From IMG/VR virus record IMGVR_UViG_3300012944_000024, positions 34,408 through 98,407 of that record: a stretch of 64,000 nucleotides of DNA, one strand, 5' to 3'. The stretch is from a virus. Shown piece by piece: positions 46,521 to 55,659 of the stretch. Made by a program: the position numbers and the translations under genes. A model generated the notes under the pieces. The model was not told where the DNA came from. It was given only the letters and a program-made list of their open reading frames with translations, and made no database searches. Position 1 is the stretch's first letter. Every line of letters starts with the position of its first letter.

Positions 46521-46861
46521 CGCGAGCTCATCACAGGCTGGTAGCCGGTCCGCAGGTTGGGCTCGTTCTCCGTGGGGCGCATCTCACGTAGGTATCTCGC
46601 CCTCTGCTCGAGGCACGCGGCGCACATCGCGGGATGGTCGAGCGTCGCGACGACCTGGACAAATCCTCGACCCAGCGCGGCGTCGCAGATCCCCACGCCC
46701 TCGCGCTGCGACGTGGTCAGGTGGATCGTGTGCGTCCGCGCGAGGGCGTGCTCCTCGCGCGTTGCCTGATCCGCCGCCACGCCCTGCGCGGCGTTGTGGG
46801 CATCCGCCGCCACCAGCACGGGGTTGGGAACCCGGGTTCCCAGCGTCTTCGTTCTTGCCAT
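46517..46861 (-). CDS. Hypothetical protein (Cys motifs)
   Basis: Coupled ORF with a CAAC motif. Confidence 0.55.
   Translation of the reverse strand: MARTKTLGTRVPNPVLVAADAHNAAQGVAADQATREEHALARTHTIHLTTSQREGVGICDAALGRGFVQVVATLDHPAMCAACLEQRARYLREMRPTENEPNLRTGYQPVMSSR
46826..46841. repeat. Palindrome A (copy 9)
   Basis: Exact; 19 nt after the stop of 46861-47085. Confidence 0.98.
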
Positions 46862-47085
46862 CAGAACACCTCGCCCCTCTGGACAGATTCGCCCGGGATG
46901 AAGGTCGCGTCGGCAAACGCCTTGCGTGCCGCCTGCAGCTTCTTCTTCGTGTCCTCCAGCTCATTGAAGGCGCGGATCTGAGAGCTGCGCGTCTCGCTCT
47001 CCCTCTCGACGGCTTCGTCGTACGTGCGCTTCGCGGTGATGACCGCTTGCGCGAGCACCTCGAGCTTCGGTTTCTCTTTCTCCAT
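46861..47085 (-). CDS. Small coiled-coil protein
   Basis: 74 aa, E/K-rich helix. Confidence 0.6.
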   Translation of the reverse strand: MEKEKPKLEVLAQAVITAKRTYDEAVERESETRSSQIRAFNELEDTKKKLQAARKAFADATFIPGESVQRGEVF

Positions 47086-47112
47086 GAGCGTTCGCTATGC
47101 CGGCGGATCCGC

Positions 47113-47751
47113 TCACCCAGCTTTGGCTTCGGGCTCCTCGACGCTCGCCCCATCGATCGCGCGCACCCCGCTCGCGCGGTCCGCGTCGCTCACCGGCTCC
47201 TCGTCGATCTCGAAGAGATCGTCGGGCACCTCGAGCAGCGCGGCGGTCTCGTGCCCCACGCTCTTGCGCAGGCGGCGGTCCGCCTCGCCCGGCAGCATCA
47301 GGGGGGCCCGGCCGGTGCGGTGGAAGTCGTCAGTCTCGCCCAGCGCGGCGGCGACGGCGGGGTCCTCGCGCAGCTTGCGCTTGAACTTCTCCTCCATCTG
47401 CCGGATGCGCTCGCGCGTCACGTTCATCAGCGCGCCCACCTCCTCGAGCGTCACCCCATCGCCGTCGCCATCCTTGCCGCCCGCCACGTCGAGCGCACAG
47501 GATTGCTCCATCGCCTCGAGGTTGGCGACGAGCCCGTCCAAGTCGGCGGCGGGGAAGTTGAGCTTCAGGCTCCCCGCCTTCGTGACGTCGAGGAACAGGT
47601 TCATCTTGCAGCTGACGAATGGGCAAGGGCGCGGCCCGTGGACGCAATCGGCTCGCGTCTCGGGCCGCGCGATCCCGCGCGGGTAGCTCGCCCCATCCTC
47701 CGACGCGATCGGCAGGCGTAGCGAGATCGTCCGGGGCCGCAAGATGGCCAC
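47113..47751 (-). CDS. Sigma-70 region 4 HTH protein with Cys-rich N-terminus
   Basis: TLEEVGALMNVTRERIRQME; RPETRADC..GPRPCPFVSC...SCALDVA. Confidence 0.85.
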   Translation of the reverse strand: MAILRPRTISLRLPIASEDGASYPRGIARPETRADCVHGPRPCPFVSCKMNLFLDVTKAGSLKLNFPAADLDGLVANLEAMEQSCALDVAGGKDGDGDGVTLEEVGALMNVTRERIRQMEEKFKRKLREDPAVAAALGETDDFHRTGRAPLMLPGEADRRLRKSVGHETAALLEVPDDLFEIDEEPVSDADRASGVRAIDGASVEEPEAKAG

Positions 47752-47834
47752 ACCCTGTCACTCGCAGAGTCCGCCGTCACTGGGCATTTTTGCGCGTCCT
47801 GGTTTCGGTGCGATGGGAACCTACGTTTGAGGGA

Positions 47835-48077
47835 TCAAAAGGTGAGACGTCGGCTGCTGAATAGCCCAGCAAGTTCGAGCAGCAAGACGCACGCGATGAG
47901 CACGACCACGATCTGCACGAGCCCCTTGATCACGGGGATCGGGCCCGGGGGGTTGGGGACCGGGAGGGTCCCGACGACCCAGTAGACGCAGTAGGCGACG
48001 ATGCAGACGACGAGGATCTGGGCGAGCAGGAGCATGGACGAGCGCAGCGAGCACGCGCCGTGCCGTTCAGACTGCAT
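47835..48077 (-). CDS. Small two-TM membrane protein
   Basis: Two hydrophobic helices separated by LPVPNPPGP. Confidence 0.6.
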   Translation of the reverse strand: MQSERHGACSLRSSMLLLAQILVVCIVAYCVYWVVGTLPVPNPPGPIPVIKGLVQIVVVLIACVLLLELAGLFSSRRLTF

Positions 48078-48354
48078 TGCACTCCGCGCCTGGGTTCAGG
48101 TGGAGGCGACATCGCAGCGGCAGCGAGGGGGACTGCTTGAACTCCTCGAACGTCATGTCCCCCTTGTCGACGTTGCAATCGCCGCACGCGATCGTGAGGT
48201 TCTCGTGGTTGTTCTTGCCCCCTCGGCTCAGCGGGTTCTTGTGGTCGACGGTGGCGAGGTCTCGCGTGAGCAGCTTGCCGCAGTAGCGACACGGGAGCTG
48301 CGGCTTCGTGCCGAATCGGTTCGCCTTGTAACGCTTGACGCTGTAGGCGGTCAT
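48067..48354 (-). CDS. HNH endonuclease
   Basis: CRYCG...TVDHKNPLSRGG.N..ENLTIACGDCN..K. Confidence 0.9.
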   Translation of the reverse strand: MTAYSVKRYKANRFGTKPQLPCRYCGKLLTRDLATVDHKNPLSRGGKNNHENLTIACGDCNVDKGDMTFEEFKQSPSLPLRCRLHLNPGAECNAV

Positions 48355-48770
48355 TCGAACAGCTCGTCGGGTGGGAAGACAGACGACGATCGCATGACGC
48401 GGTGGTAACAACTTGCACATCGACCACGACGCATCGGTTTGAATGGACGATCACAATCAATGCAGTTCCGGATCGGATGCAGCACTACCCCTCGCTTCGC
48501 ACGGCCCGTCTCCCGAAACCTCTCGAGACGACCGTCGATCTGCATGTGACACCGACGGCATAGAACCACGACGTTCTCCGGGGAGTTGTTCCCCGTGTCG
48601 TTGTCACGATGATGACGATCACGACCGGGCTTACCGCAAACCGCGCACGGGGTGAGCGGGTAGAGACGTTGTGCCCGTTTGCGCTTCGTCTCAGTCCTGG
48701 CCGCGTCGCCCTTCCACTGGTGGTGAACAGGTCCCGTAACGAAACCACCTCGACCATCAGAACGGCGCAT
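48351..48770 (-). CDS. HNH endonuclease
   Basis: WKGD...CAVCG...HHRDNDTGNNSPENVVVLCRRCH. Confidence 0.85.
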   Translation of the reverse strand: MRRSDGRGGFVTGPVHHQWKGDAARTETKRKRAQRLYPLTPCAVCGKPGRDRHHRDNDTGNNSPENVVVLCRRCHMQIDGRLERFRETGRAKRGVVLHPIRNCIDCDRPFKPMRRGRCASCYHRVMRSSSVFPPDELFE

Positions 48771-49400
48771 TCAATCCTCAAACAGCTCGTCCGGAGGATA
48801 TGCCGCATCCTCGAGCTCAAAGAGCTCGGGCGAGGGGAACGTGTCCTTTCGCAGCTCTGCACGACGTTTGCGATTGGCCGCTGTCTTCACGCGGTGACAC
48901 CACAAACATAAAGTCGCGAGGTTCGAAAGGGTGCACGACCCGCCCCCATCGATCACCTCGAGCACGTGGTCGGCCTCCCAGAGCGTCTTGCCGGGCGTCC
49001 ACGTCTCGAGCTCCGCATCGCGCTTTCTCCCCGCGAGCCAGTCGAGCCGCTTGCGTACGTCAGGGGGGAGGTGCTCGGTCGGCCCGGAGAAGATCCGCCG
49101 CGTCAGCTTGAGGCGCCCGAGCTCCTCGTCGAGCTGGCTGGGGTTCTCGTAGAGCAGCTTGAGCAGTGCGGCCTCGAGCGCGTGGCAGTCGCGCCCGCAG
49201 GCGTTGCAGACCCCGCGGTCGCGCGCGAACACCTTCTGCCGGCGAAACTTCCCATCGGTCTGCAGCTTCCACTCGTCCACGCACGCGTCCGAGCAGAAGG
49301 TTCGCCGGGGCGGGGCGACCGGCCCGAGGCAGAAGCGGCACCGGCCCTTCTCGTAGGCCGCGACCAGCGCGGGGTCGGGGCCGGTGCGGACGCGGCTCAT
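48771..49400 (-). CDS. HNH endonuclease
   Basis: CRFC..FCSDAC; VFARDRGVC..C; WEADHV...GGG...NLATLCLWCH..KT. Confidence 0.85.
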   Translation of the reverse strand: MSRVRTGPDPALVAAYEKGRCRFCLGPVAPPRRTFCSDACVDEWKLQTDGKFRRQKVFARDRGVCNACGRDCHALEAALLKLLYENPSQLDEELGRLKLTRRIFSGPTEHLPPDVRKRLDWLAGRKRDAELETWTPGKTLWEADHVLEVIDGGGSCTLSNLATLCLWCHRVKTAANRKRRAELRKDTFPSPELFELEDAAYPPDELFED

Positions 49401-49484
49401 CGCAGGATGTGGATCGCGATGCCGAGACAGCGGGGCAGAAAGAGCAGCGCGTCCACCGCCCACCGCGCCCACGAGAACGCGCCT

Positions 49485-49500
49485 GGGAACCCGGGTTCCC
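49485..49500. repeat. Palindrome A (copy 10)
   Basis: Exact; 8 nt after the stop of 49509-49823. Confidence 0.98.
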
Positions 49501-49508
49501 AAACCATC

Positions 49509-49823
49509 TCAGTCCGCGTCGATCCCCGCATCGGGCTGGATCTGCCGGTGCGCCCCGAGCCCGCGGATGTTGCAGCACGCACCTGCGGGACACCCAACCG
49601 AATAGAGCGAACCGCCGCACGTCTCGCCCTCGTAGCAGCACATCCCGCTCGGCCGGCCCTGCATGTCGAGGCACACGACCCCGATGTTGCCGCAGGGGTT
49701 GTCGGGGGTGGGGGCGATGGCGCGCGGGTCGACCCGATCCCACCCCGCGCCCCCGTGGGCGCACGCGCCGATCGTGAGCCAAGCGAGCATGGAGGCGGCG
49801 AAGCAAAGCAACAGGGGTCTCAT
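49509..49823 (-). CDS. Cys-rich lipoprotein
   Basis: ...LTIGA-C lipobox-like motif, 8 further Cys. Confidence 0.65.
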   Translation of the reverse strand: MRPLLLCFAASMLAWLTIGACAHGGAGWDRVDPRAIAPTPDNPCGNIGVVCLDMQGRPSGMCCYEGETCGGSLYSVGCPAGACCNIRGLGAHRQIQPDAGIDAD

Positions 49824-49837
49824 GGCTTGCTCGATGC

Positions 49838-50353
49838 CTACTTGAGCGCCCCACCCATCGAGTCGTGCGATTCCGCCTTGGCCTGGTGGAAGAGCTGCTC
49901 ACGGTCGCAGCCGGCCAGCTTGTACGCGTCGGCGGCCCGCTTGTGCGCCGCGCTGGCGTCCTGGTGGAGCTGCTTCTCGCTGCGCGGGTCGGCCTGCGGG
50001 GACGAGTCCTTGCCGAAGCCCGCCATCTCCGCCTTCTTCGAGATCGCGTCCGCGTTGCGCGCCTGCCCGTCGGCGAAACTCTTGGCCTGGTAGCCCTGGT
50101 CGGCCTTCTCCTCGTGCACGTTGGCCTGGGCGCGGTGCCAGTTGGCCTTGTCCCCGTTGCCTGCGTCCTGGTGCTTCCACGCCGCCTCGCGGTGCGCGCT
50201 GGCGGCGCGCTGGTGCGACTCGTGGTCGCCCTCCTTGGTCGACGCGCTCGCCCCCTTGGCCGCGATGGAGGCGTCGTTGGCGCTCTTGCCCTTGGCCGCG
50301 TTGCTCTGGCCCGAGAACCCACCCATCACCGGGCCCGGCACTTCTGCTCTCAT
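49838..50353 (-). CDS. His/Ala-rich helical repeat protein
   Basis: H..AA.AH..AA repeats; start may instead be 50326. Confidence 0.6.
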   Translation of the reverse strand: MRAEVPGPVMGGFSGQSNAAKGKSANDASIAAKGASASTKEGDHESHQRAASAHREAAWKHQDAGNGDKANWHRAQANVHEEKADQGYQAKSFADGQARNADAISKKAEMAGFGKDSSPQADPRSEKQLHQDASAAHKRAADAYKLAGCDREQLFHQAKAESHDSMGGALK

Positions 50354-50473
50354 CCCCACATCATCACCGGGAAGTCGGGCTGCCGTCAGCGAAACAGCTC
50401 CCCCGGCCACCTGGCCAGGTCATTCGAGGGGCGACCTCTAGCCAGGGGAGCTGCTTCGCGGATGGGGTTTCAA

Positions 50474-50728
50474 TTACTCGGGCGGGACCTGGATCCCGAA
50501 GTTGGGCGTCCCGTCGCAGTAGCCGAGCTGCAAGGGGCCGGCGCCTTGCAGGATCACCCCGCAGCGATCCCCCACCGGGCAGCCCTCGACGCAGCGGAGG
50601 ATCTCGCGCCGCCCGAGGTCGACGTAGAAGCTCCCCTCGCACGGGTAGACGACCTGATCGACCCGGCAGCCCGCGGGATCGGGAGGGCTGGAGCACGCAA
50701 GCAGGGCGAGCAGCAGGAGGGACTTCAC
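50474..50728 (-). CDS. Small Cys-rich lipoprotein
   Basis: MKSLLLLALLA-C lipobox. Confidence 0.6.
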   Translation of the reverse strand: MKSLLLLALLACSSPPDPAGCRVDQVVYPCEGSFYVDLGRREILRCVEGCPVGDRCGVILQGAGPLQLGYCDGTPNFGIQVPPE

Positions 50729-51459
50729 GGCGGGTTGTGCACGGGGCACCAAGCCGTCTCCCCGCAGAGACACCCATCCGACTCACGCCGCCCGCAGAAG
50801 ACCACGCACGCGAGCGCGAGGAGAAAGAGCCACGTCTCCACGTCCACCCTCACACCTCTAGCCCTTCCCCGCACGCCCGGCAGGCCGCGCAGTCGTCGGG
50901 ATGCACGGCAGGGAGCCTGCCAGGCCTCCCGGTGTGCAGGGTAAAGTCCAGTTGCACCATCGCCGGACCCATGTCCACCCCGCACCTCGGTGGGCGGATG
51001 ATGTCGAACCCAGGGTGGTCGGGCGACGGCTCCTCGATCACAAGGTGTCGCTTTCCGTCGGGCCCGAGCGCCATGGAGAGCTTCATGCCTAGTCCGATGC
51101 CGGCTACGGACCGCCGCCATCCGCGACCGCTGCGTCCTCGGAGGCCTCGGCCATCCCGTGCGCGACGCGGAATCGGTTGTAGGCGATGAGGAGGTAGGCG
51201 CTCTTGCGGCGCTCGGCCTCGAGCTCGTCGTCGATGGAGGGAGGGGGCGGAGCTTTCGTCTTCGTCATCCCCCCACCCTACCCCCCGCGCCGGCCCGCCA
51301 CGAAGCGCGCGAAGGTGAGCTCGCCCAGCGTCTTCTCGAGCTGCGCGATCTCCAGCTCGAGCTCCTCGGCCTCCCCACCCCGCGCCCTCTCGAGCTGCTC
51401 CTGGCGCCGCGCGAGCTTGGCGCGCACGTGCTCGACCGCGTCCCGCTCGGGGTCGGGCT

Positions 51460-51756
51460 TCACGCAAACCGTCCGTGGGAATCGCGCGGTTGGCCGCCCG
51501 CGATAGCGGTGTGCTCGTTCGCGGCGGCAATGTGCTCGTTTGCCTTCTCGTGATTGCCGGCGCTGAGGTTGGCGCGCGCGGCCTTCAGATGCGCATCGGC
51601 CGCCTTGCCGTGCGCGTACGGATCCTTGCCCCAGTACGCCTTGACCGACGCGGATGCATTCTCTGCCACCTTCGTGGCCGCGCGCGCCTTCGCGCCCAGC
51701 TTCGCATCGGTGGCGCCGTTCTGGTTGGCGGCGACGAACTTCCCGAGGTTTTTCAC
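51460..51756 (-). CDS. His/Ala-rich helical protein with C-terminal PRDxxGRF motif
   Basis: AHGKAADAHLKAA...QPRDSHGRFA. Confidence 0.6.
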   Translation of the reverse strand: MKNLGKFVAANQNGATDAKLGAKARAATKVAENASASVKAYWGKDPYAHGKAADAHLKAARANLSAGNHEKANEHIAAANEHTAIAGGQPRDSHGRFA

Positions 51757-52217
51757 GGCATCTGCTCCGGCGGTTCAGCGTCGAGGTCGACGTAGCGAGC
51801 GCGTATCGTCCGCATCCCCCGCAGCTTCGCCGCCACGACCCGGTGATGACCATCAAAGGCGTAATTCGTCCCCTTGCACCGCACCACGATGGGCGTGTCC
51901 ACGACGCCCCCGTGATCGGCGTGCTTGGTGCCAGCGCGGACCTTGCCGCCGTTTTCGATGTAGTGCTCGACGCGCTTGCGGTCGACGGTGTGCTGGATCG
52001 CGACGAGCGAGGCGATCGGGACGCTCTGGATGGGGGCTTGATCGATGCGGGCGTTCATCTCCCGGTGCCCGATCACCTCCTGGTAGCCCTCGCGCGAGAT
52101 GTACCGGAGCGGAACAGGAAGCGTCGCGCCCGCCCCGGGCATCGCGTGCAGCAGGGCGAGCGCCTGCTCGGGGGAGCGGGCGCTGCCCTCGTTGACCCAC
52201 TTGCCTAGCCTCGCCAC
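51753..52217 (-). CDS. ParB/Srx N-terminal-domain protein
   Basis: PIVV...FDGHHRVVAAK motif; no HTH visible. Confidence 0.8.
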   Translation of the reverse strand: MARLGKWVNEGSARSPEQALALLHAMPGAGATLPVPLRYISREGYQEVIGHREMNARIDQAPIQSVPIASLVAIQHTVDRKRVEHYIENGGKVRAGTKHADHGGVVDTPIVVRCKGTNYAFDGHHRVVAAKLRGMRTIRARYVDLDAEPPEQMP

Positions 52218-52230
52218 CCCGCGAGACTAC

Positions 52231-52779
52231 TCACCCCGCTTTGGGATCGCGAAGCTGCACCACTCGTGGGTCCTCGGCCCCGTCGATCGCAGCGCCTAGG
52301 CGATCTGGCCCACGCCCCTCCAGGCGCGCCGCCTTCAGCTCCTCGGCCCACGCGGCCGCGACGATTGTGAACGCGGTCAGGGCGAATCGATCGAAGGTCT
52401 CGAACCCCGCAGCGCCTTGGTCGATCCCCGCGACGAGCTCCTTGTGCTCCTCCTGCACGAGCACGACGAGCGCCAGGATGGGCAGCTCGGTCAACTCGAC
52501 GACCAGCGAGGCGGCGAGGTTCTGCGCCGTCTTCCAGCTGCGCTGCTCGACCGCCCGCCTCATCGCGTCGCGTAGCTCGTGGCACCGCCCGAGCACGCGC
52601 TCAAGGTCGCGGATCCTCTGCTCACGCTGCAGCGCGGCGAGCGCGTCGAAGAGATTGCGCGCGTCCTGGGCGTGGTTGAGCGGGTCGTTCGTCTCGAAGT
52701 CCGGGTCGGAAGAATGCCCCAGGAACTTCTCGCACAGCGTCGGGAGCATCTCGCCGACCAGGTCTCTCGCCTTCGTCAT
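52231..52779 (-). CDS. Hypothetical helical protein
   Basis: ATG 52779 with upstream GGAG. Confidence 0.6.
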   Translation of the reverse strand: MTKARDLVGEMLPTLCEKFLGHSSDPDFETNDPLNHAQDARNLFDALAALQREQRIRDLERVLGRCHELRDAMRRAVEQRSWKTAQNLAASLVVELTELPILALVVLVQEEHKELVAGIDQGAAGFETFDRFALTAFTIVAAAWAEELKAARLEGRGPDRLGAAIDGAEDPRVVQLRDPKAG

Positions 52780-52812
52780 TCGCTCGTCTCCTTGTCGATT
52801 CGCGACCCCTTC

Positions 52813-52828
52813 GGGAACCCGGGTTCCC
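52813..52828. repeat. Palindrome A (copy 11)
   Basis: Exact; intergenic, downstream of the terminase. Confidence 0.98.
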
Positions 52829-52980
52829 AGACCCCCCCCCCTACCATGCCGATTCGTGGCTCTCGCCGGGCGTGGCGTCGAAGAGCCAAAGCACCCCGTA
52901 GCCGGCCCAGAGGGCGAAGGCGACGAGCAGCAAGGACAGCCACGGGAATCGCGTCTCACGGCGGATCTGGCGGGCAGTCT

Positions 52981-55659
52981 TCATCGCACCAGCATCGAGG
53001 CCGTCGCGCGCCTCGGCCCCTTCCCACCGGGTAGGGGGGTTTTGCGGATCGCCCCGAACCGGCGCGCCGTCTCGAGAGCAAAAAAACTACTCATCAATAA
53101 ATCTCCTGTGTGCGCGCTCGGCACGTAGTGCAGGCACTGGTCGATCCACTTCTTGAGCGGCCCCTCCGCGGGTCGCCCCTCGTTGGGGATCGCCCACGCC
53201 CCGTTCGCCATCTCCCCGAAGATGCTCGGCACGCCGTTCTGGATGCTGTTCTTGCTCGCGTCGGTGCGGTGCTCCTTGAGGATCAAGCTCTTGTTGCTCG
53301 TGACCATCAGGCGCCTCACCCCCTCCTGGGCGCCGTTGTTCTCGAACCCAAACGGCAGGTGGTCGAAGCGCTCGTCGATCCACTCGAGCTTCTTCGCGAG
53401 CTCGTCGGTCCCCCACTTGCCGCTCTCGAGCCACATGGGCACGCGGATCTGCATCTTGCCGTTGTCGTCGGGGAAGACGCCCAGTACGAAGATGGCCGTC
53501 TCGTCGGCCGCCGCGCTCTGGGAGAAGGCGAGATCCACCCCCCCGTAGATCCAGTTCTTGAGCCCCCCGCGCGGCGCGCCGTTGTACTTGAGAAACTCCT
53601 CCGCGCTCGAGGCGATGCGCTTGAAACCCATCTTGCGGCCGAGCGCGAGCGCCTTGTCGACGTACTCCTGCTTGCAGAGGGCGGTGGAGTCGTCGCGGCA
53701 GACGTTGTTGTAGTTTCTCTCGAACTCGACCGGATGCATCTCGCCGCGTCGCTCCTCGAGCAGCTCCCTCGGCCACCGCTCCGGCCAGAGGGTGCGCTCG
53801 CCCTCGGGCAGGTGGTCGTGGGCGACGAGCCGGTAGGTCGCCAAGGGGTTGGAGGGGTCGAGATCGTCGTCGGGGCGGATGAGATCCGAGTCGAAGCGCG
53901 GGCAGTTGCGAAGGAGGATGGTGCCATTGGAGCGCATGATCATCCCGGGCCAGCCCGGCCCCCCCTCGGCCTGGCTCATCATCAGGCGGTGGGTGGTGTC
54001 GTCCTGGTGGAGCGCCACGCACGTCACCACCACCTTGCCGCGCCGGCTGTCCATGCGCGTGAAGAGGGTGGAGGAGAGCCATCGATAGAGCGCCTCGCGC
54101 GCTTCGGGGGTGTGGGTGTTCTCTTCGTTGGACAGGTCGTCGACGTGGCAGAAGCCCCACCGGCTCCCGCGGATCTGCTTGGAATCTTGCCCGCGCGCCA
54201 CCAGGCTCGGGTCCTTGGAGCCGGGGGGGCGGTCGACGATGAGCTCCGTCGTCGTCCACGAGTCGCCCATGCGCGAGGACCGCCGCAGGGTGGGGAAGAC
54301 GAACTGCAGCTCCGGCGAGCTCTCGATGTACTGCCGGATCATCGAGAAGGGTTTCTTCGCCTGGCCCTCCGAGGCGCTCACCACGGCCGCCTTGAGCAGG
54401 GGGTCGTGGCCGATCTTCCAGAGCGTGTAGCCGGCGAGCGAGAACGTGTTGTGCGTGACGGTGAAGTCGCCGAGCAGGTAGCGCCCGTCCCCGCCGATCG
54501 TGACCCCGAAAAACTCATCGACCCCGATCGGCTCGACTTTGAAGTGCGTCCAGAGTGCGCGGCGCACCTTCGTCGCCGGCGTGACGCGCTTGCGCGCCAG
54601 CCGGATGGGGATGTCGGCGAACGCGTCGCCGGCGATCGTGAGGCGCCGGTAGGTACCGTACTCTGGATGCTCGAACGACCCCTCGCAGACGCGCAGGCCG
54701 AGCGACCTGGCGATGAAGGCGATGTCTCGCGCCCAGTCGGCGTTCTTTTGGGTGATCCATATGCACCCATCCTTCGCGCACCCGTCCGCGTCGATGAAGC
54801 CCGCGAGAAACTCGGCACGATCCGCCCACGGGGCCGTCTTGGCCCACGTCATCGTCAGCGAGTCGCCCTCGACGGCCTCGCGGATCTTCTCCATCAGCGG
54901 GTTGGGCCTGCGCCCCTGCCCCTTGCCCGCTCCCTTCCCGCCGGGCCGCGAGAGCCCGAACGACTGCTCGTCGAGCGGTACGACGTGCAGCCCGTGCGCG
55001 TGGGCGATCTCCATGCACATCGACCGAACCTCGGGGTCGATGCTCGTCAGGCGCACCCCGTGCCGGACCGAGTGGAGTCCGTCGCCGAACCAGACGCCGA
55101 GGAAGTAGGGGTCGACCGGCAGGGGTCGTTCGCCGTGGAATCGCCGCACCGACGCGCGCACCAGACTCGAGGTCGAGCGCTTCCACTTCGACCAGCCGAG
55201 CCAGTCTCGGATCGTGACGTCGTCGATCCTCCCCGTCTCAGAGTCGACGATCGTCAGGAGGTGGTCCTCGTTGCAAACGAACGGGTTACCCCCTCGCTTC
55301 GGCGTGACCCGGTAGAGCATCCCACGCCCCCCGCCGGTCGTGTTGAGCACCCGCGTGGGCGCCCGATAGCCCATGATCCAGTCGCCCTTGCGGACGTCCT
55401 CGACCGCACGCGTCGTCCCGTCCGCCATCAGGATCGGCGTCCCCCGCCCGTGGCACTTCGTGTGCTCGACGGGGATCATGAGCACGCTGTTGCGGTGCGC
55501 CTCGACGAACTCGAAGATCAGCCGCTGCAGCGGGATGACCCGGATGGGCGCGGCCGTCCCTTCCTCGCGCAAGACGAACTCGAAGAACTTCGCGACGTCC
55601 TCGCGCGCCTCCTCCGCCTCGAGCAAGAGCTCGGCGATCACCTCCTCGTCGTCGCTCAT
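52981..55659 (-). CDS. terL: Terminase large subunit (intein-containing)
   Basis: P..H.K/T Walker A, IRGSRW..HVDD Walker B, GGVDLA, GFENNGAQ and GDLLMS nuclease motifs. Confidence 0.92.
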   Translation of the reverse strand: MSDDEEVIAELLLEAEEAREDVAKFFEFVLREEGTAAPIRVIPLQRLIFEFVEAHRNSVLMIPVEHTKCHGRGTPILMADGTTRAVEDVRKGDWIMGYRAPTRVLNTTGGGRGMLYRVTPKRGGNPFVCNEDHLLTIVDSETGRIDDVTIRDWLGWSKWKRSTSSLVRASVRRFHGERPLPVDPYFLGVWFGDGLHSVRHGVRLTSIDPEVRSMCMEIAHAHGLHVVPLDEQSFGLSRPGGKGAGKGQGRRPNPLMEKIREAVEGDSLTMTWAKTAPWADRAEFLAGFIDADGCAKDGCIWITQKNADWARDIAFIARSLGLRVCEGSFEHPEYGTYRRLTIAGDAFADIPIRLARKRVTPATKVRRALWTHFKVEPIGVDEFFGVTIGGDGRYLLGDFTVTHNTFSLAGYTLWKIGHDPLLKAAVVSASEGQAKKPFSMIRQYIESSPELQFVFPTLRRSSRMGDSWTTTELIVDRPPGSKDPSLVARGQDSKQIRGSRWGFCHVDDLSNEENTHTPEAREALYRWLSSTLFTRMDSRRGKVVVTCVALHQDDTTHRLMMSQAEGGPGWPGMIMRSNGTILLRNCPRFDSDLIRPDDDLDPSNPLATYRLVAHDHLPEGERTLWPERWPRELLEERRGEMHPVEFERNYNNVCRDDSTALCKQEYVDKALALGRKMGFKRIASSAEEFLKYNGAPRGGLKNWIYGGVDLAFSQSAAADETAIFVLGVFPDDNGKMQIRVPMWLESGKWGTDELAKKLEWIDERFDHLPFGFENNGAQEGVRRLMVTSNKSLILKEHRTDASKNSIQNGVPSIFGEMANGAWAIPNEGRPAEGPLKKWIDQCLHYVPSAHTGDLLMSSFFALETARRFGAIRKTPLPGGKGPRRATASMLVR
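54448..55455 (-). mobile_element. Intein with LAGLIDADG homing endonuclease (336 aa)
   Basis: Starts CHGRGTPILMADG, ends FTVTHN before +1 Thr; YFLGVWFGDG and FLAGFIDADG motifs. Confidence 0.95.

Noticed and set aside
51753-52217. ParB-domain protein as a complete partition protein for palindrome A
   Set aside because: Only the N-terminal ParB/Srx domain is present, with no HTH and no adjacent ParA, so it cannot be assigned as the site-specific binder from sequence alone.
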